Shown: piece by piece, positions 9,180 through 18,391 of the stretch
Position numbering within the stretch: position 1 is the first letter of the stretch
How the letters are laid out: each line of letters starts with the position of its first letter
Assembly (NCBI GenBank): GCA_913020725.1
Contig: CAJWCD010000038.1
Coordinates: 1 to 26,726, forward strand
Length of the DNA stretch: 26,726 nt
Direction: 5' to 3'
Origin: an uncultured Pseudomonadota bacterium
GTDB lineage: Bacteria > SAR324 > NAC60-12
Position numbers and translations under genes: made by a program
Notes under the pieces: model-generated
Told to the model about the DNA's origin: nothing
Seen by the model: only the letters and a program-made list of their open reading frames with translations
Database searches by the model: none

Positions 9180-10664
9180 TCAACTTGCTTTTTTCCGGGT
9201 CAGCCAGCCATAAATCGCAGGACCGCAGAGTCCGAGGAAGGCCAGCAGCAGAAACAGCACCGCGAGTGGTTGGGTAAAGATCAGCCACCACTTCCCCTCA
9301 AACATTTTCAGAGAGTTCTGCAAATTGGATTCAACCATTTCACCAAGGATCAATCCGACCGCGATGGGTGCGACGGCAAAACCGTGCCGCCTGGCAAAGA
9401 AGCCGATCACTCCAAAGATCAAAACGATCCAGACATCCAGCAAGGATGAACTTAAGGAATAGGAACCCACGATAGACAACGCGAAAACGATAGGCCACAA
9501 AATGGCCGCAGGAATCAGGGAGATGCGTGCGAAAAATTTCGCAGCATAAAGTCCCATGCCGAGGAACATGAGATTGGCAACCAGCATCGCCCCGAATATT
9601 TGATAGACCTTGTCCACTTGTTCGGTGAACAGATACGGACCCGGACGTAAGCCATGGACCATCAGTCCTACCAAAATGATGGCTGTGGTTCCACTACCCG
9701 GAATGCCGAGCACCATCGTGGGCACCATGGCACCGCCGGTGGCTGCGTTGTTTGCGGCCTCAGCGCCTGCAATTCCTTCAATGGCACCTTTGCCGAATTC
9801 CTCCTTGTTCTTGGACCAGCGGCGCGCTTCGGAATATCCGATCATGGAGGCCACAGTCGCGCCTTCTGCCGGCAGAATCCCAATGAATGTGCCAATTCCA
9901 CAAGACCGCAGGATGGTCTTCCAGATTTTTTTATAATCCTCCTTGCTGGGAAGCTTGACTGCGTTCATGCCGATTGCATTCGCAATTCGATTACCGCGTT
10001 TGGACTGCACCAGCAGTTCGGACATCGCAAACAAGCCAATGAAGACCGGGACAAAAGACAAGCCTTCATACAACTCGTAGTTACCAAACAGGAACCTCTC
10101 GATACCGGTCGCCCGCTCTGCCCCGATCGTTGCCAACCAAACTCCGAAAACACCGCCGATGAGGTTCTTAACCGCACCCCCGGAACTGATACTCGCCAGC
10201 ATCGAAAGTCCGAAGAGGGTCAATGCAAAATATTCCGGAGGGCGAAACTGATAGGCGACTCGTGCAAGCAAGGGGGCAGCAATACAAAGAACTATGATGG
10301 AAAAGACGCCGCCAACTGTACTCGACACTACCGCAACTCCGAGTGCCCGACCCGCTTCTCCTCGTTGTGCCAGCGGAAACCCGTCAAAGGTTGTTGCGGC
10401 CGCTGCCGAGGTGCCCGGAGTATTGATCAAAATAGCGGTGATTGATCCGGCAAAGGTCGCTGACACATAAATAGTCGCCAGCACCGTGATGGCATGCACC
10501 GGATCCATGGTGAGTGTGAAGGGCAGCAACAAGGCGGCACCAGTGGTAGCACCCAGACCGGGAAGCACCCCGATAACCACACCAATGATCGTGGTGGCGA
10601 AGATGAGCAGTAAAAGGTGCAGGTCGAGAACCACCGACCCCATGGCTTGCAGGGCTTCTAGCAT
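9180..10664 (-). CDS. tctA: Tripartite tricarboxylate transporter large permease
   Basis: GVLPGLG, ILINTPGT, DGFPLA, EAANNA, LGIPGS and GLRPGP are TctA motifs; 494 aa, polytopic. Confidence 0.92.
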   Translation of the reverse strand: MLEALQAMGSVVLDLHLLLLIFATTIIGVVIGVLPGLGATTGAALLLPFTLTMDPVHAITVLATIYVSATFAGSITAILINTPGTSAAAATTFDGFPLAQRGEAGRALGVAVVSSTVGGVFSIIVLCIAAPLLARVAYQFRPPEYFALTLFGLSMLASISSGGAVKNLIGGVFGVWLATIGAERATGIERFLFGNYELYEGLSFVPVFIGLFAMSELLVQSKRGNRIANAIGMNAVKLPSKEDYKKIWKTILRSCGIGTFIGILPAEGATVASMIGYSEARRWSKNKEEFGKGAIEGIAGAEAANNAATGGAMVPTMVLGIPGSGTTAIILVGLMVHGLRPGPYLFTEQVDKVYQIFGAMLVANLMFLGMGLYAAKFFARISLIPAAILWPIVFALSIVGSYSLSSSLLDVWIVLIFGVIGFFARRHGFAVAPIAVGLILGEMVESNLQNSLKMFEGKWWLIFTQPLAVLFLLLAFLGLCGPAIYGWLTRKKAS

Positions 10665-10675
10665 CGTCGTGCGAA

Positions 10676-11167
10676 TTATCCGTAGTACCAGTTCAGCAAA
10701 ATACCTCGCGGGAAACGAATCCTCAGCACCAAATCGAAAAGCAGAAAGATCAGAAGGGGGGTGATGAGGGCATTAGTGAGTGCAACAAGGATGCGTTTTT
10801 CACCCCATAAAAAGCACATCAGGAACATCACCACTGCAATTGCGATAAACAGGTCCAGACTTGTTGTCAACCCGTAGAAGACAACAAGTAAGACCATGGA
10901 TCCCCAAGTCTGGTAAGGCTCGATCGGAATCTGTGCTGGTGGTGATCTGCGTAACTGGAGGGTGAGCAGGGCCACAAGCCCCAAATTGATGGCCATCAAG
11001 AAGATTGGAAACGCACGGGGCTGCATGCTTTTACCAACAATCATAGGTGGCGAAAGCTCAAGTTGCAGGGAGAGCCAAATCACGACGATGGAAAACACCG
11101 TGATGATCCCCGGCACCACATAAATCCTTGCCTTCACTGGACTGGGTGCTCCCGTGACAGGGAGCAC
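10676..11167 (-). CDS. tctB: Tripartite tricarboxylate transporter small permease
   Basis: 163 aa hydrophobic protein with PRAFP and C-terminal FDLVLRIRFPRG, lying between tctC and tctA. Confidence 0.85.
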   Translation of the reverse strand: MLPVTGAPSPVKARIYVVPGIITVFSIVVIWLSLQLELSPPMIVGKSMQPRAFPIFLMAINLGLVALLTLQLRRSPPAQIPIEPYQTWGSMVLLVVFYGLTTSLDLFIAIAVVMFLMCFLWGEKRILVALTNALITPLLIFLLFDLVLRIRFPRGILLNWYYG

Positions 11168-11194
11168 CTTAGCTACATGGATATAAGGAGGGGG

Positions 11195-12166
11195 CTAATT
11201 GATGAGCCCCATTTCCTTCAACGCAGGGCCGAATTCAGCAACCATGGATTTGATTTGCTCACCCCAAGGTCCGGAAGGCTGTGGCGAAGTCGAATCGAGG
11301 CCGGAATTCTTCAAATAAGCCTGATACATGGAATGATCCATGGCCTTCATTATGCCCTTCTCAAGTTCTGCGCGACGTGCTGCAGAGACTCCGGCATGGG
11401 TGACGAATCCACGGGTGGTCGAAAGCACAAGGTCAATCCCAAGTGCCTTGGCGGTTTTGGCCTTTGGAATCGGTGCCATGCCATTGTGAGCAAGGATGAT
11501 CAGCGGACAAATGTCTCCTGCTTCGACCGGAGCAGCAGCTTCAGACAGGTTCAAAGTACCCACGTCAATTGAACCAGCCACGAGTTGGGTTGCGAGTTCG
11601 CCGCCGCCCTTGAAGGGAAGGTAAGTCGGCATCGGCTGTCCGAACCGCTTTGCCCACAGGAAGACCGTGATGTGGTCAATCGTTCCCGTCTGGGTGCCGC
11701 CGAACTTGATCTTGTCGCCCCGCCTCATTCCGGCCACAAACGCTTCCGGAGTCTTATAGGGACTGGTCTTGCAATTGACCATCAGGATTTGAGGATCATT
11801 CGTGCCGCGAGCAAGCGGAGCCATATCCTCAACTCTTAGCTTGGTCTTGCCTTTGCCCATCGTCATGGCGTGGCCTACCGTAAAAGTCAGGATGGTGTTG
11901 CCATCCGCCGGTCGTGTCATGAAGTAGTTCATGGCCAGGGCACCGCCCCCGCCGCGCTTGTTCACAACCACCATGTCCTGTTTGAGGGTGCGGCGCGAAC
12001 GCAGCATCATCATACGTGAGTTGACATCCGTGCCCCCGCCGGCTCCGGCATGTGTGATGACTTCAATTGCCGGCTGACCGGCTATGGCTACCGAAACACA
12101 CGCCAGCAGCATCACACTGGTCAATGTGACTGCTCCAGCTTTCAGCATTCTTTTTGAGTGTCTCAT
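11195..12166 (-). CDS. tctC: Tripartite tricarboxylate transporter substrate-binding protein
   Basis: Signal peptide (MRHSKRMLK...VAIA), AGGGTD, VVNKRGGGG, PADGNT and PFKGGG. GGAG 7 nt upstream of the ATG at 12166. Confidence 0.88.
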   Translation of the reverse strand: MRHSKRMLKAGAVTLTSVMLLACVSVAIAGQPAIEVITHAGAGGGTDVNSRMMMLRSRRTLKQDMVVVNKRGGGGALAMNYFMTRPADGNTILTFTVGHAMTMGKGKTKLRVEDMAPLARGTNDPQILMVNCKTSPYKTPEAFVAGMRRGDKIKFGGTQTGTIDHITVFLWAKRFGQPMPTYLPFKGGGELATQLVAGSIDVGTLNLSEAAAPVEAGDICPLIILAHNGMAPIPKAKTAKALGIDLVLSTTRGFVTHAGVSAARRAELEKGIMKAMDHSMYQAYLKNSGLDSTSPQPSGPWGEQIKSMVAEFGPALKEMGLIN

Positions 12167-12209
12167 TAGAGAGCTCCATTTCATGGTTAAGAAGAATGTA
12201 CTCGATTGA

Positions 12210-12231
12210 GTCAAGCTACAATTAGCTTGAC
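12210..12231. repeat. Perfect 9-bp inverted repeat in the tctC/gntR intergenic region
   Basis: GTCAAGCTA-CAAT-TAGCTTGAC. Confidence 0.6.
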
Positions 12232-12238
12232 CGTGTTT

Positions 12239-12267
12239 AATATACAATATACAAATATTGGTGTCAA
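12239..12267 (-). promoter_or_regulatory. Sigma70 promoter for the tctCBA operon, overlapped by a probable GntR operator
   Basis: On the - strand, TTGACA (12267-12262), 17 bp spacer, TATATT (12244-12239). A tandem TATACAA repeat at 12241-12254 resembles GntR/FadR-type sites. Confidence 0.7.
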
Positions 12268-12290
12268 GAATATTTTTTTGCCTAATTGTA

Positions 12291-12941
12291 ATGCAGCCCA
12301 TCAACCGTCAACCATTGGCAATGCAGGTCGCTTCTCGCATTCGGGATTTGATCGCCACGGATCAGCTTCGTCTCGGAACCCCACTGCGCGAACAGGCACT
12401 CTGCAAGGAGCTTTCCGTCTCCCGGACCCCACTCCGTGAGGCGCTCAAGCAGCTCATCGCTGAAGGACTGGTCGAGCAAGTCCCGTATCATGGTGTGGCG
12501 GTGGCCAATCCGGATCTGCCCTCCGTTGAGCAGATGCTGGAATTGCTCGGTGCCTTGGAAGGGTTCTCGGGCGAATTGGCCTGTCAGCGGGCAACGGATA
12601 ACGAGATTGCGGAAATTCGCAAACTGACCGTGCAGATGCGTGAGGCGTATGATCGGCAGAAGCGTCTGCCTTACTACAAGCTCAACCAAGCGATACACCG
12701 GGCGATCGTGCAGTTTTCGAAGAATGACGAATTGATCCGGACACATGAGCGACTCAACTCACGGCTCTACCGCATCCGCTACCTCTCCAATCGTCGCACT
12801 GACCGCTGGCACACCGCCGTGGAAGAACATGACGGGATTCTGCAAGCATTGGCGGCGCGGAATGGCACGAAACTGAACCAACTGCTGCGGGAACACCTCG
12901 GCCACACCTGGACCAAGGTCCGGGACCACTACGAACCCTGA
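12291..12941 (+). CDS. GntR-family (FCD domain) transcriptional regulator
   Basis: LREQALCKELSVSRTPLREAL winged HTH; C-terminal NQAIH and EEH FCD motifs. Confidence 0.92.
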   Translation: MQPINRQPLAMQVASRIRDLIATDQLRLGTPLREQALCKELSVSRTPLREALKQLIAEGLVEQVPYHGVAVANPDLPSVEQMLELLGALEGFSGELACQRATDNEIAEIRKLTVQMREAYDRQKRLPYYKLNQAIHRAIVQFSKNDELIRTHERLNSRLYRIRYLSNRRTDRWHTAVEEHDGILQALAARNGTKLNQLLREHLGHTWTKVRDHYEP

Positions 12942-12954
12942 CTCAGGAACTTTC

Positions 12955-13953
12955 ATGCCCACCCCTACCCTAGGACTGCTGCTTGGTGACCCCAGCGGGA
13001 TCGGCCCCGAACTTTGTGCAAAACTGGTTGCGGAAGAGATGATGGTTAGCAACCGCCGGATCATGGTGATTGGAGACCGCATAGTTCTCGAAAAAGGGTG
13101 TGCCACGGCAGGAGTTAACTTGGACATCGAAACGGTTGACTCATCTAAAGACCTGCCGGAATCCGGAGTGGGTTTGCTGAACCACCCCCGGATTGCGGCT
13201 GAAACAATCCAAGTAGGCGCCGCAACTGTTGCCAGCGGGACCTTCGCCCTTGAAAGCCTCCGGACGGCGCTAGACCTTGCTCGAACTGGGAGCCTCGATG
13301 GTTTCACGTTTGCGCCCTTCAACAAGGAGTCTTTGCGACTGGGAGGCAACACCCACGAGGATGAACTGCGCTTTGCCGCAGAAGAGTTGCGCTTTGAGGG
13401 TTACTGTGGGGAACTCAACACCACCAAGGGTTTGTGGACCTCGCGGGTCACTTCCCACATTCCCCTCAAAGATGTGTCCGCGCAGATCACCCAGTCAGGA
13501 ATCGAAAAAGCAGTCAACTTGGCGCATCAAACATTGCTGGATGCCGGTGTGACGGAACCCCGAATTGCGGTTGCCGCGCTCAATCCCCATGCGGGAGACG
13601 GCGGCAATTTTGGCACGGAAGAAATCGACACCATCGGCCCCGCTGTGACTTCACTGCAGCAAAAGGGGTTTCCGGTGCAAGGGCCGTTTCCGGCAGATAC
13701 CGTTTTTGTCCGCACCACCCGAGGGGATTTTGATGCGGTTGTAACCATGTATCACGATCAGGGGCAAATCGCGTTGAAACTGCTGGGTTTTGACAGGGGC
13801 GTTACGGTTTTAGGGGGCTTACCTATTCCGATCACCACGCCTGCCCATGGAACCGCGTTCGACATTGCAGGAAAAGGCGTTGCCAGCGTGGATGCCCTCA
13901 AGGAAGCTTGGAACTTGCTAACCAATATGGTGACCTCACGACTCGTGGCTTAG
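12955..13953 (+). CDS. PdxA-family dehydrogenase (catabolic paralog)
   Basis: GDPSGIGPE, TSHIPL, LNPHAGDGG, GPFPADT, MYHDQG and TPAHGTAFDIAGKG. It lacks the GHTE motif and sits in a catabolic context. Confidence 0.85.
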   Translation: MPTPTLGLLLGDPSGIGPELCAKLVAEEMMVSNRRIMVIGDRIVLEKGCATAGVNLDIETVDSSKDLPESGVGLLNHPRIAAETIQVGAATVASGTFALESLRTALDLARTGSLDGFTFAPFNKESLRLGGNTHEDELRFAAEELRFEGYCGELNTTKGLWTSRVTSHIPLKDVSAQITQSGIEKAVNLAHQTLLDAGVTEPRIAVAALNPHAGDGGNFGTEEIDTIGPAVTSLQQKGFPVQGPFPADTVFVRTTRGDFDAVVTMYHDQGQIALKLLGFDRGVTVLGGLPIPITTPAHGTAFDIAGKGVASVDALKEAWNLLTNMVTSRLVA

Positions 13954-13982
13954 CCGGCCTTCAATCATTCAAGCAAACCACC

Positions 13983-14915
13983 ATGACCACTTCAGCATCA
14001 CCCAGCCCCTACACTGGGGTTTTTCCCATCGCACCCACTCCTTTCAACGAGGACGAATCACTCGACCTGCCTGGACAGCAGCGGGTGTTGGACTGCATGA
14101 TTGATCAAGGCGTGGACGGCATTTGCATTCTCGCCAACTACTCCGAGCAGTTCCTGCTCACAGACAAGGAACGAAATCTCCTGCTTGAGCTTTGCTTGAA
14201 ACATGTGGCAGGACGGGTTCCAGTGATTGTCACATGCAGCCATTTCAGCACTCGAGTGGCGGTGGAACGCGCCGTTCGCGCAGAAGTGGCCGGAGCCAAA
14301 ATGCTCATGCTCATGCCTCCGTATCACGGAGCGGCCTTGCGGGCAGATGAACAAGGCGCCTTTGAGCATTTTGCGAAAATCGCAGAAGCCATTTCCATCC
14401 CAATCATGGTGCAGGATGCCCCTTTGAGTGGCGTTGCCCTCTCCGTGAATTTGCTCGCCCGGATGGCCAAGGAACTGCCTCTGGTCAGCTATTTCAAGAT
14501 TGAAATGCCCGGAACTGCCGACAAACTGCGGACTCTGATCACGGTGAGCGGTGGCACGATTGCAGGGCCATTTGATGGCGAGGAATCGATCACCCTGATG
14601 GCTGATCTGGACGCAGGAGCCACTGGAACGATGCCGAGCGCCATGCTCCCGGACTTGATCAAGCCCGTTTTGGAGCAGCACCTCTCCGGACGACGAGATG
14701 AAGCCGCTGCACAATACGCCCGCATCCTTCCCTTGATCAACTACGAGAACCGACAGTGCGGCTTGCGGGCCACCAAGGCGGCAATGCTGGAAGGCGGGGT
14801 GATCAAGTCGGATACGATTCGACACCCACTACCTCCCCTTCATCCTGAAACTCGCAAAGGACTACTGGAACTGGCTGGTCCGTTGAATCCGCTTGTCTTG
14901 AGGTGGGGGCGCTGA
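13983..14915 (+). CDS. araD: DHDPS-family enzyme, close to L-2-keto-3-deoxyarabinonate dehydratase
   Basis: ILANYSEQF, MPPYHGA, IMVQDAP, YFKIE (Schiff-base Lys), DGEESITL, LINYENRQ and PLVLRW match the Azospirillum L-KDA dehydratase as I recall it. Confidence 0.75.
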   Translation: MTTSASPSPYTGVFPIAPTPFNEDESLDLPGQQRVLDCMIDQGVDGICILANYSEQFLLTDKERNLLLELCLKHVAGRVPVIVTCSHFSTRVAVERAVRAEVAGAKMLMLMPPYHGAALRADEQGAFEHFAKIAEAISIPIMVQDAPLSGVALSVNLLARMAKELPLVSYFKIEMPGTADKLRTLITVSGGTIAGPFDGEESITLMADLDAGATGTMPSAMLPDLIKPVLEQHLSGRRDEAAAQYARILPLINYENRQCGLRATKAAMLEGGVIKSDTIRHPLPPLHPETRKGLLELAGPLNPLVLRWGR

Positions 14916-14985
14916 CGAGTCTATCGGGATCGTTTCATCTGAACCCGGCACACGGAGTGCTGGATTCCACCCCCCGGAGTTTCAC

Positions 14986-15915
14986 TCAGAACGCACCTTT
15001 GTGCTGTCGGCGTGTGTTTCCGTCAAGCCCGCCGCTGACGGCCCATTCAGCAAATAATTCGGACTTGCGCTCGAAACGGCGCGGCTGCCAGTTTTCCGTC
15101 AAAAAATCCTCATCGGCATAGTATTCGGCGAGTCCGCCGCACGGGGAATGGACGTACCAGAAATACGCGGAGGAAATCGGATGCCGCCCGGGGCCAAGCT
15201 GTGTTTTCCACCCTTCGCGGCTGATGTGCAAACCTCCGCCGAAAACCTCGTGGATGTCCCTGACAGTGAACGCCACATGGTTCAGCTTGGATTTCCCTGT
15301 GGGACTCTTGAGCAGGAAGAGGTTGTGATGACCACCACGCAGTGCGCAGCGCAGGAAGGTGCCGTGCTGCGGATAGCGGTCGGACACCTGAAAACCCAGC
15401 ATTTCCGTGTAAAACAACTCTGCCTCAGCCAAGTCCGGGACAAAGAGCACCACATGGCCCACATGAATCGGAATTGCCCGCTCGTAAACGGGGCTGGGTG
15501 CGTCTAACCGGTTAGGTGATCCCGGCGTGTTCATGGCCGCTCCGGTAACCGTAACCGATTTGCGTTGCGTCAGCCGAAAAGACAGTGATAATCCGTTGGG
15601 GTCAGTGATCCGGACGAGGCCATCCTTCCCCTCTGTAAACAATGGGTTCCCAGTAATCCGTTTGATCAAGGCATCAAGGTTACGTTTTCCCTTCACCCCC
15701 CACACCACTTCGCGCAGAGTCGAACCGGATTCCATCGCCGGAGGCAGGAGCTTGGCGTCATGGGGTCGGAGGCACACCTCCGTCCCGTCCAGAGTCTCAA
15801 ACCGAGCGGAGTGTTTGGTGCTGGACGCCTTCCGGAGACCCCAATCGCTGAGGAACTTTCGGCACAATGCCATGTCCTCGACTCCGTAAGTGATTGCGTC
15901 AATTCCGGTTAGCAT
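14986..15915 (-). CDS. VOC-family protein, type I extradiol ring-cleavage dioxygenase-like
   Basis: Two-domain VOC with GHVVL, HHNL, NHVAF and GRHPISSAYFWY..P.G..AEY. The His/His/Glu metal triad and Tyr are present. Confidence 0.8.
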   Translation of the reverse strand: MLTGIDAITYGVEDMALCRKFLSDWGLRKASSTKHSARFETLDGTEVCLRPHDAKLLPPAMESGSTLREVVWGVKGKRNLDALIKRITGNPLFTEGKDGLVRITDPNGLSLSFRLTQRKSVTVTGAAMNTPGSPNRLDAPSPVYERAIPIHVGHVVLFVPDLAEAELFYTEMLGFQVSDRYPQHGTFLRCALRGGHHNLFLLKSPTGKSKLNHVAFTVRDIHEVFGGGLHISREGWKTQLGPGRHPISSAYFWYVHSPCGGLAEYYADEDFLTENWQPRRFERKSELFAEWAVSGGLDGNTRRQHKGAF

Positions 15916-15932
15916 GATAATTCCATCAGGTT

Positions 15933-16748
15933 TCAAATGGCAAGTGTTGCCGCAAGGTTGGCTAGTCCGCGAGTGACGCTGAAGGCGGTCAGGGCGGAAG
16001 TCTTTGGGTTTTCCGGAGAGGGCAATCCCTCCAAGACGATTTGAAAATTTCCTGCCTGCGACTGCACCTCGATTTCGTGAGTGTTGCGAGCAGCGTTTGG
16101 ATCGGCGCACAGTTCGACCTCAGTTTGATCAAATCCAAGTCCAGCGAGGGCGACGGTAGCTGCGACGTTCGCATTTTTCGGAAAGCGCAGTGCCGCCTCG
16201 CGTGCCGTACCGTGGTAGAAGACAGTGGCTTCCTGCAATTGATCGAGGTCGCAGGCCGACTCAGCAGGCGTGTCACGCCATGCAACAGGAGGTTTGCGTG
16301 AGCGATACCGCACTTGGGTCAGGCCGGAAAACCGCGCTGCCGCAAGCGCATCCACCGCGCCAATGGCCCCGGCGGGTAACAGGATTTGACGGCCCGACTG
16401 CACAGCAGCGGCTTTCAGGTGGTCGTACAACTCCGCATCGGCCAAGGCACCGATGGAGATGACCATCAAATCAGTTCCGGATTGCAGCACCGTTTCTCCG
16501 AACTCCCGGACCGCAGTGTGTCCCGCACACTCGGCGACGATACTGGGCAAGAGCGCCAGCAGGTCTTCCAAGCACTCCACCACGGAAACGGTCCGCCCCG
16601 CAGCTTTCTGAACCGCTGCTTGGCGTCCGGGCTTGCACAGGATTCCAACCACCTCAGCTCTGCCCTCCGAGGCAGCGAACAGGTGCCGCAACACCGTCCG
16701 GGAAATTCCGCCGTAACCAATCAATCCAACACGAGTCATCGGCTTCAT
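15933..16748 (-). CDS. nadX: L-aspartate dehydrogenase-like protein (NadX family)
   Basis: GYGGI, ECAGH, SIGALAD, GAIGAVD, FPKNANVAAT, NTHEI and NPKTS. Confidence 0.85.
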   Translation of the reverse strand: MKPMTRVGLIGYGGISRTVLRHLFAASEGRAEVVGILCKPGRQAAVQKAAGRTVSVVECLEDLLALLPSIVAECAGHTAVREFGETVLQSGTDLMVISIGALADAELYDHLKAAAVQSGRQILLPAGAIGAVDALAAARFSGLTQVRYRSRKPPVAWRDTPAESACDLDQLQEATVFYHGTAREAALRFPKNANVAATVALAGLGFDQTEVELCADPNAARNTHEIEVQSQAGNFQIVLEGLPSPENPKTSALTAFSVTRGLANLAATLAI

Positions 16749-18391
16749 TTCGTTCTCACCGGAGGTCCGGCGAAGGGAACCTTAAACGGCCCAATAGCCT
16801 GCATGTTCACCTCCACCAATGCGGGGCCATTGACAGCGAGGGCTTCCCGGAATTTTTCTCCAAACTCGGAAATGGAGGTGACGTTCCAGTGCGGCACGCT
16901 CAGCGACTCAGATAGCTTGGCAAAGTCCGGAAGTCGCAAATCCGTGAAGTAATGGCGTCCACCGAAGCGCGCATCCTGAATGTTGCGGATGACCCCGTAG
17001 CCCTGATCATTCATCACCAGCAGGGTCACATCGGCCTGTTCCTGCACGGCGGTGGCGAGTTCACCGATGTTGAGCATCAGCCCTCCGTCTCCACAGAGTG
17101 CGACCACCTTGCGCCCCTCGGCACCAAGGGCGGCTCCAATTCCCATCGGCATCCCTTGTCCGATCCCCCCGCCCAAGGCGTGGATGCCGTTGCGAGGAGC
17201 AAATATTTTCAGCAGACGATTACCCCAAGTGCTGTTCGAGATGGTCACATCACGCACCCAGAGTGCATCTTGCTGCAACTCAGTTTGCAAGGCATCAACC
17301 AAAGCGTCGTAGGGACCAAGGGTGGTCCGGAGCCGAACCTCCGCCGCTTTCCGTGCTTTCGCCAAATCTTGAGCGAAGGAGGGATCAATATGCAGTTGGC
17401 CTTGGAGTCGACCAGCCAATCCGGACAGCACCACGGCGCTGTCGCCACAGACGAATCCGGAGTTCGGGTACGACCGTCCATCCGCCGCAGAATTCGCGTC
17501 GCTCTGGAGCAAGGGGGCGGGCAAGGCTAGTTGATAATTCTTGGTTTCGTTGCTGCGCAGGCGTGAACCGACCACAAGCATCAGGTCGCATGTGCGGTAG
17601 AACGCCTCTGCGTCCGGGTTCATGTTGAATGCTCCCAGTGTGAGCGGATGATCTTCCGGTATGATTCCTCGTCCGTTAACGCTCGTGACCACGCCGACCC
17701 CGTATTCAACCAAACGCATTGCCCCCTCACGGGCATGTCGTGCGCCGCCGCCAAGCCAGAGCAGTGGGCGTTTTGCGGTGGATAGTCGTTCCGCAAGTTG
17801 ATCCAGAATCTGCTCTCCAGGATGTGAAATCGCCACTGGAAGCGTTGAAAAATCGGCTGGCATTGGCAACGTGGCGGCTTGTACGTCGGCGGGGATTTCA
17901 ACACTGACTGGTCCCGTCGGCGCGGTCAATGCGGTGCGCACCGCTTCTCGCAACACGCCCAGCGCGGACTCCGGAGACCAGACGCGATAGGCCGCCTTGG
18001 AAATCGCCCGCAGCATTTCCAATTGCGACTTCGCCTCGTGGATGTAGCCGCATCCCCGGTCGAGGTACGGCAAATCAATTTGTCCGGTGAGGTGCAACAG
18101 CGGCGTCCCTGCGGTTTCGGCTTCCACCAAGGCTCCGGCGGCATTGCCCGCTCCGGTTCCTGTACTGGTAAAAGCTACCCCCAGTTCACCACGAGTCCGG
18201 GCGTAAGCATCGGCCATGTTGAGAGCCCCGGCCTCGCCTCGGCTGGGCACGAAGCGAATCTTGTTTCGGCGTCCAATCGCATCAAGCATCGGCAGGTTGT
18301 GGATGCTGACCACGCCAAACGCCGTCTGCACCCCACAGGCTTCCAGAAATGTGGCAACAACCTCTCCGGTAGTGACGGTTTGCTCAGACAT
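16745..18391 (-). CDS. Thiamine-diphosphate-dependent enzyme (acetolactate synthase/decarboxylase family)
   Basis: RGEAGA catalytic Glu, STGTG and GDGG...NDQGYG ThDP motif. Start ATG 18391 overlaps the SDR stop. Confidence 0.9.
   Translation of the reverse strand: MSEQTVTTGEVVATFLEACGVQTAFGVVSIHNLPMLDAIGRRNKIRFVPSRGEAGALNMADAYARTRGELGVAFTSTGTGAGNAAGALVEAETAGTPLLHLTGQIDLPYLDRGCGYIHEAKSQLEMLRAISKAAYRVWSPESALGVLREAVRTALTAPTGPVSVEIPADVQAATLPMPADFSTLPVAISHPGEQILDQLAERLSTAKRPLLWLGGGARHAREGAMRLVEYGVGVVTSVNGRGIIPEDHPLTLGAFNMNPDAEAFYRTCDLMLVVGSRLRSNETKNYQLALPAPLLQSDANSAADGRSYPNSGFVCGDSAVVLSGLAGRLQGQLHIDPSFAQDLAKARKAAEVRLRTTLGPYDALVDALQTELQQDALWVRDVTISNSTWGNRLLKIFAPRNGIHALGGGIGQGMPMGIGAALGAEGRKVVALCGDGGLMLNIGELATAVQEQADVTLLVMNDQGYGVIRNIQDARFGGRHYFTDLRLPDFAKLSESLSVPHWNVTSISEFGEKFREALAVNGPALVEVNMQAIGPFKVPFAGPPVRTK

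Noticed and set aside
14945..14963. CCGGCAC-ACGGA-GTGCTGG hairpin between araD and the VOC gene
   Set aside because: The stem is imperfect with no U-tract on either side.
12955..16748. Vitamin B6 (pdxA) or NAD (nadX) biosynthesis locus
   Set aside because: No pdxJ, nadA or nadC is present, and both genes sit in catabolic operons.
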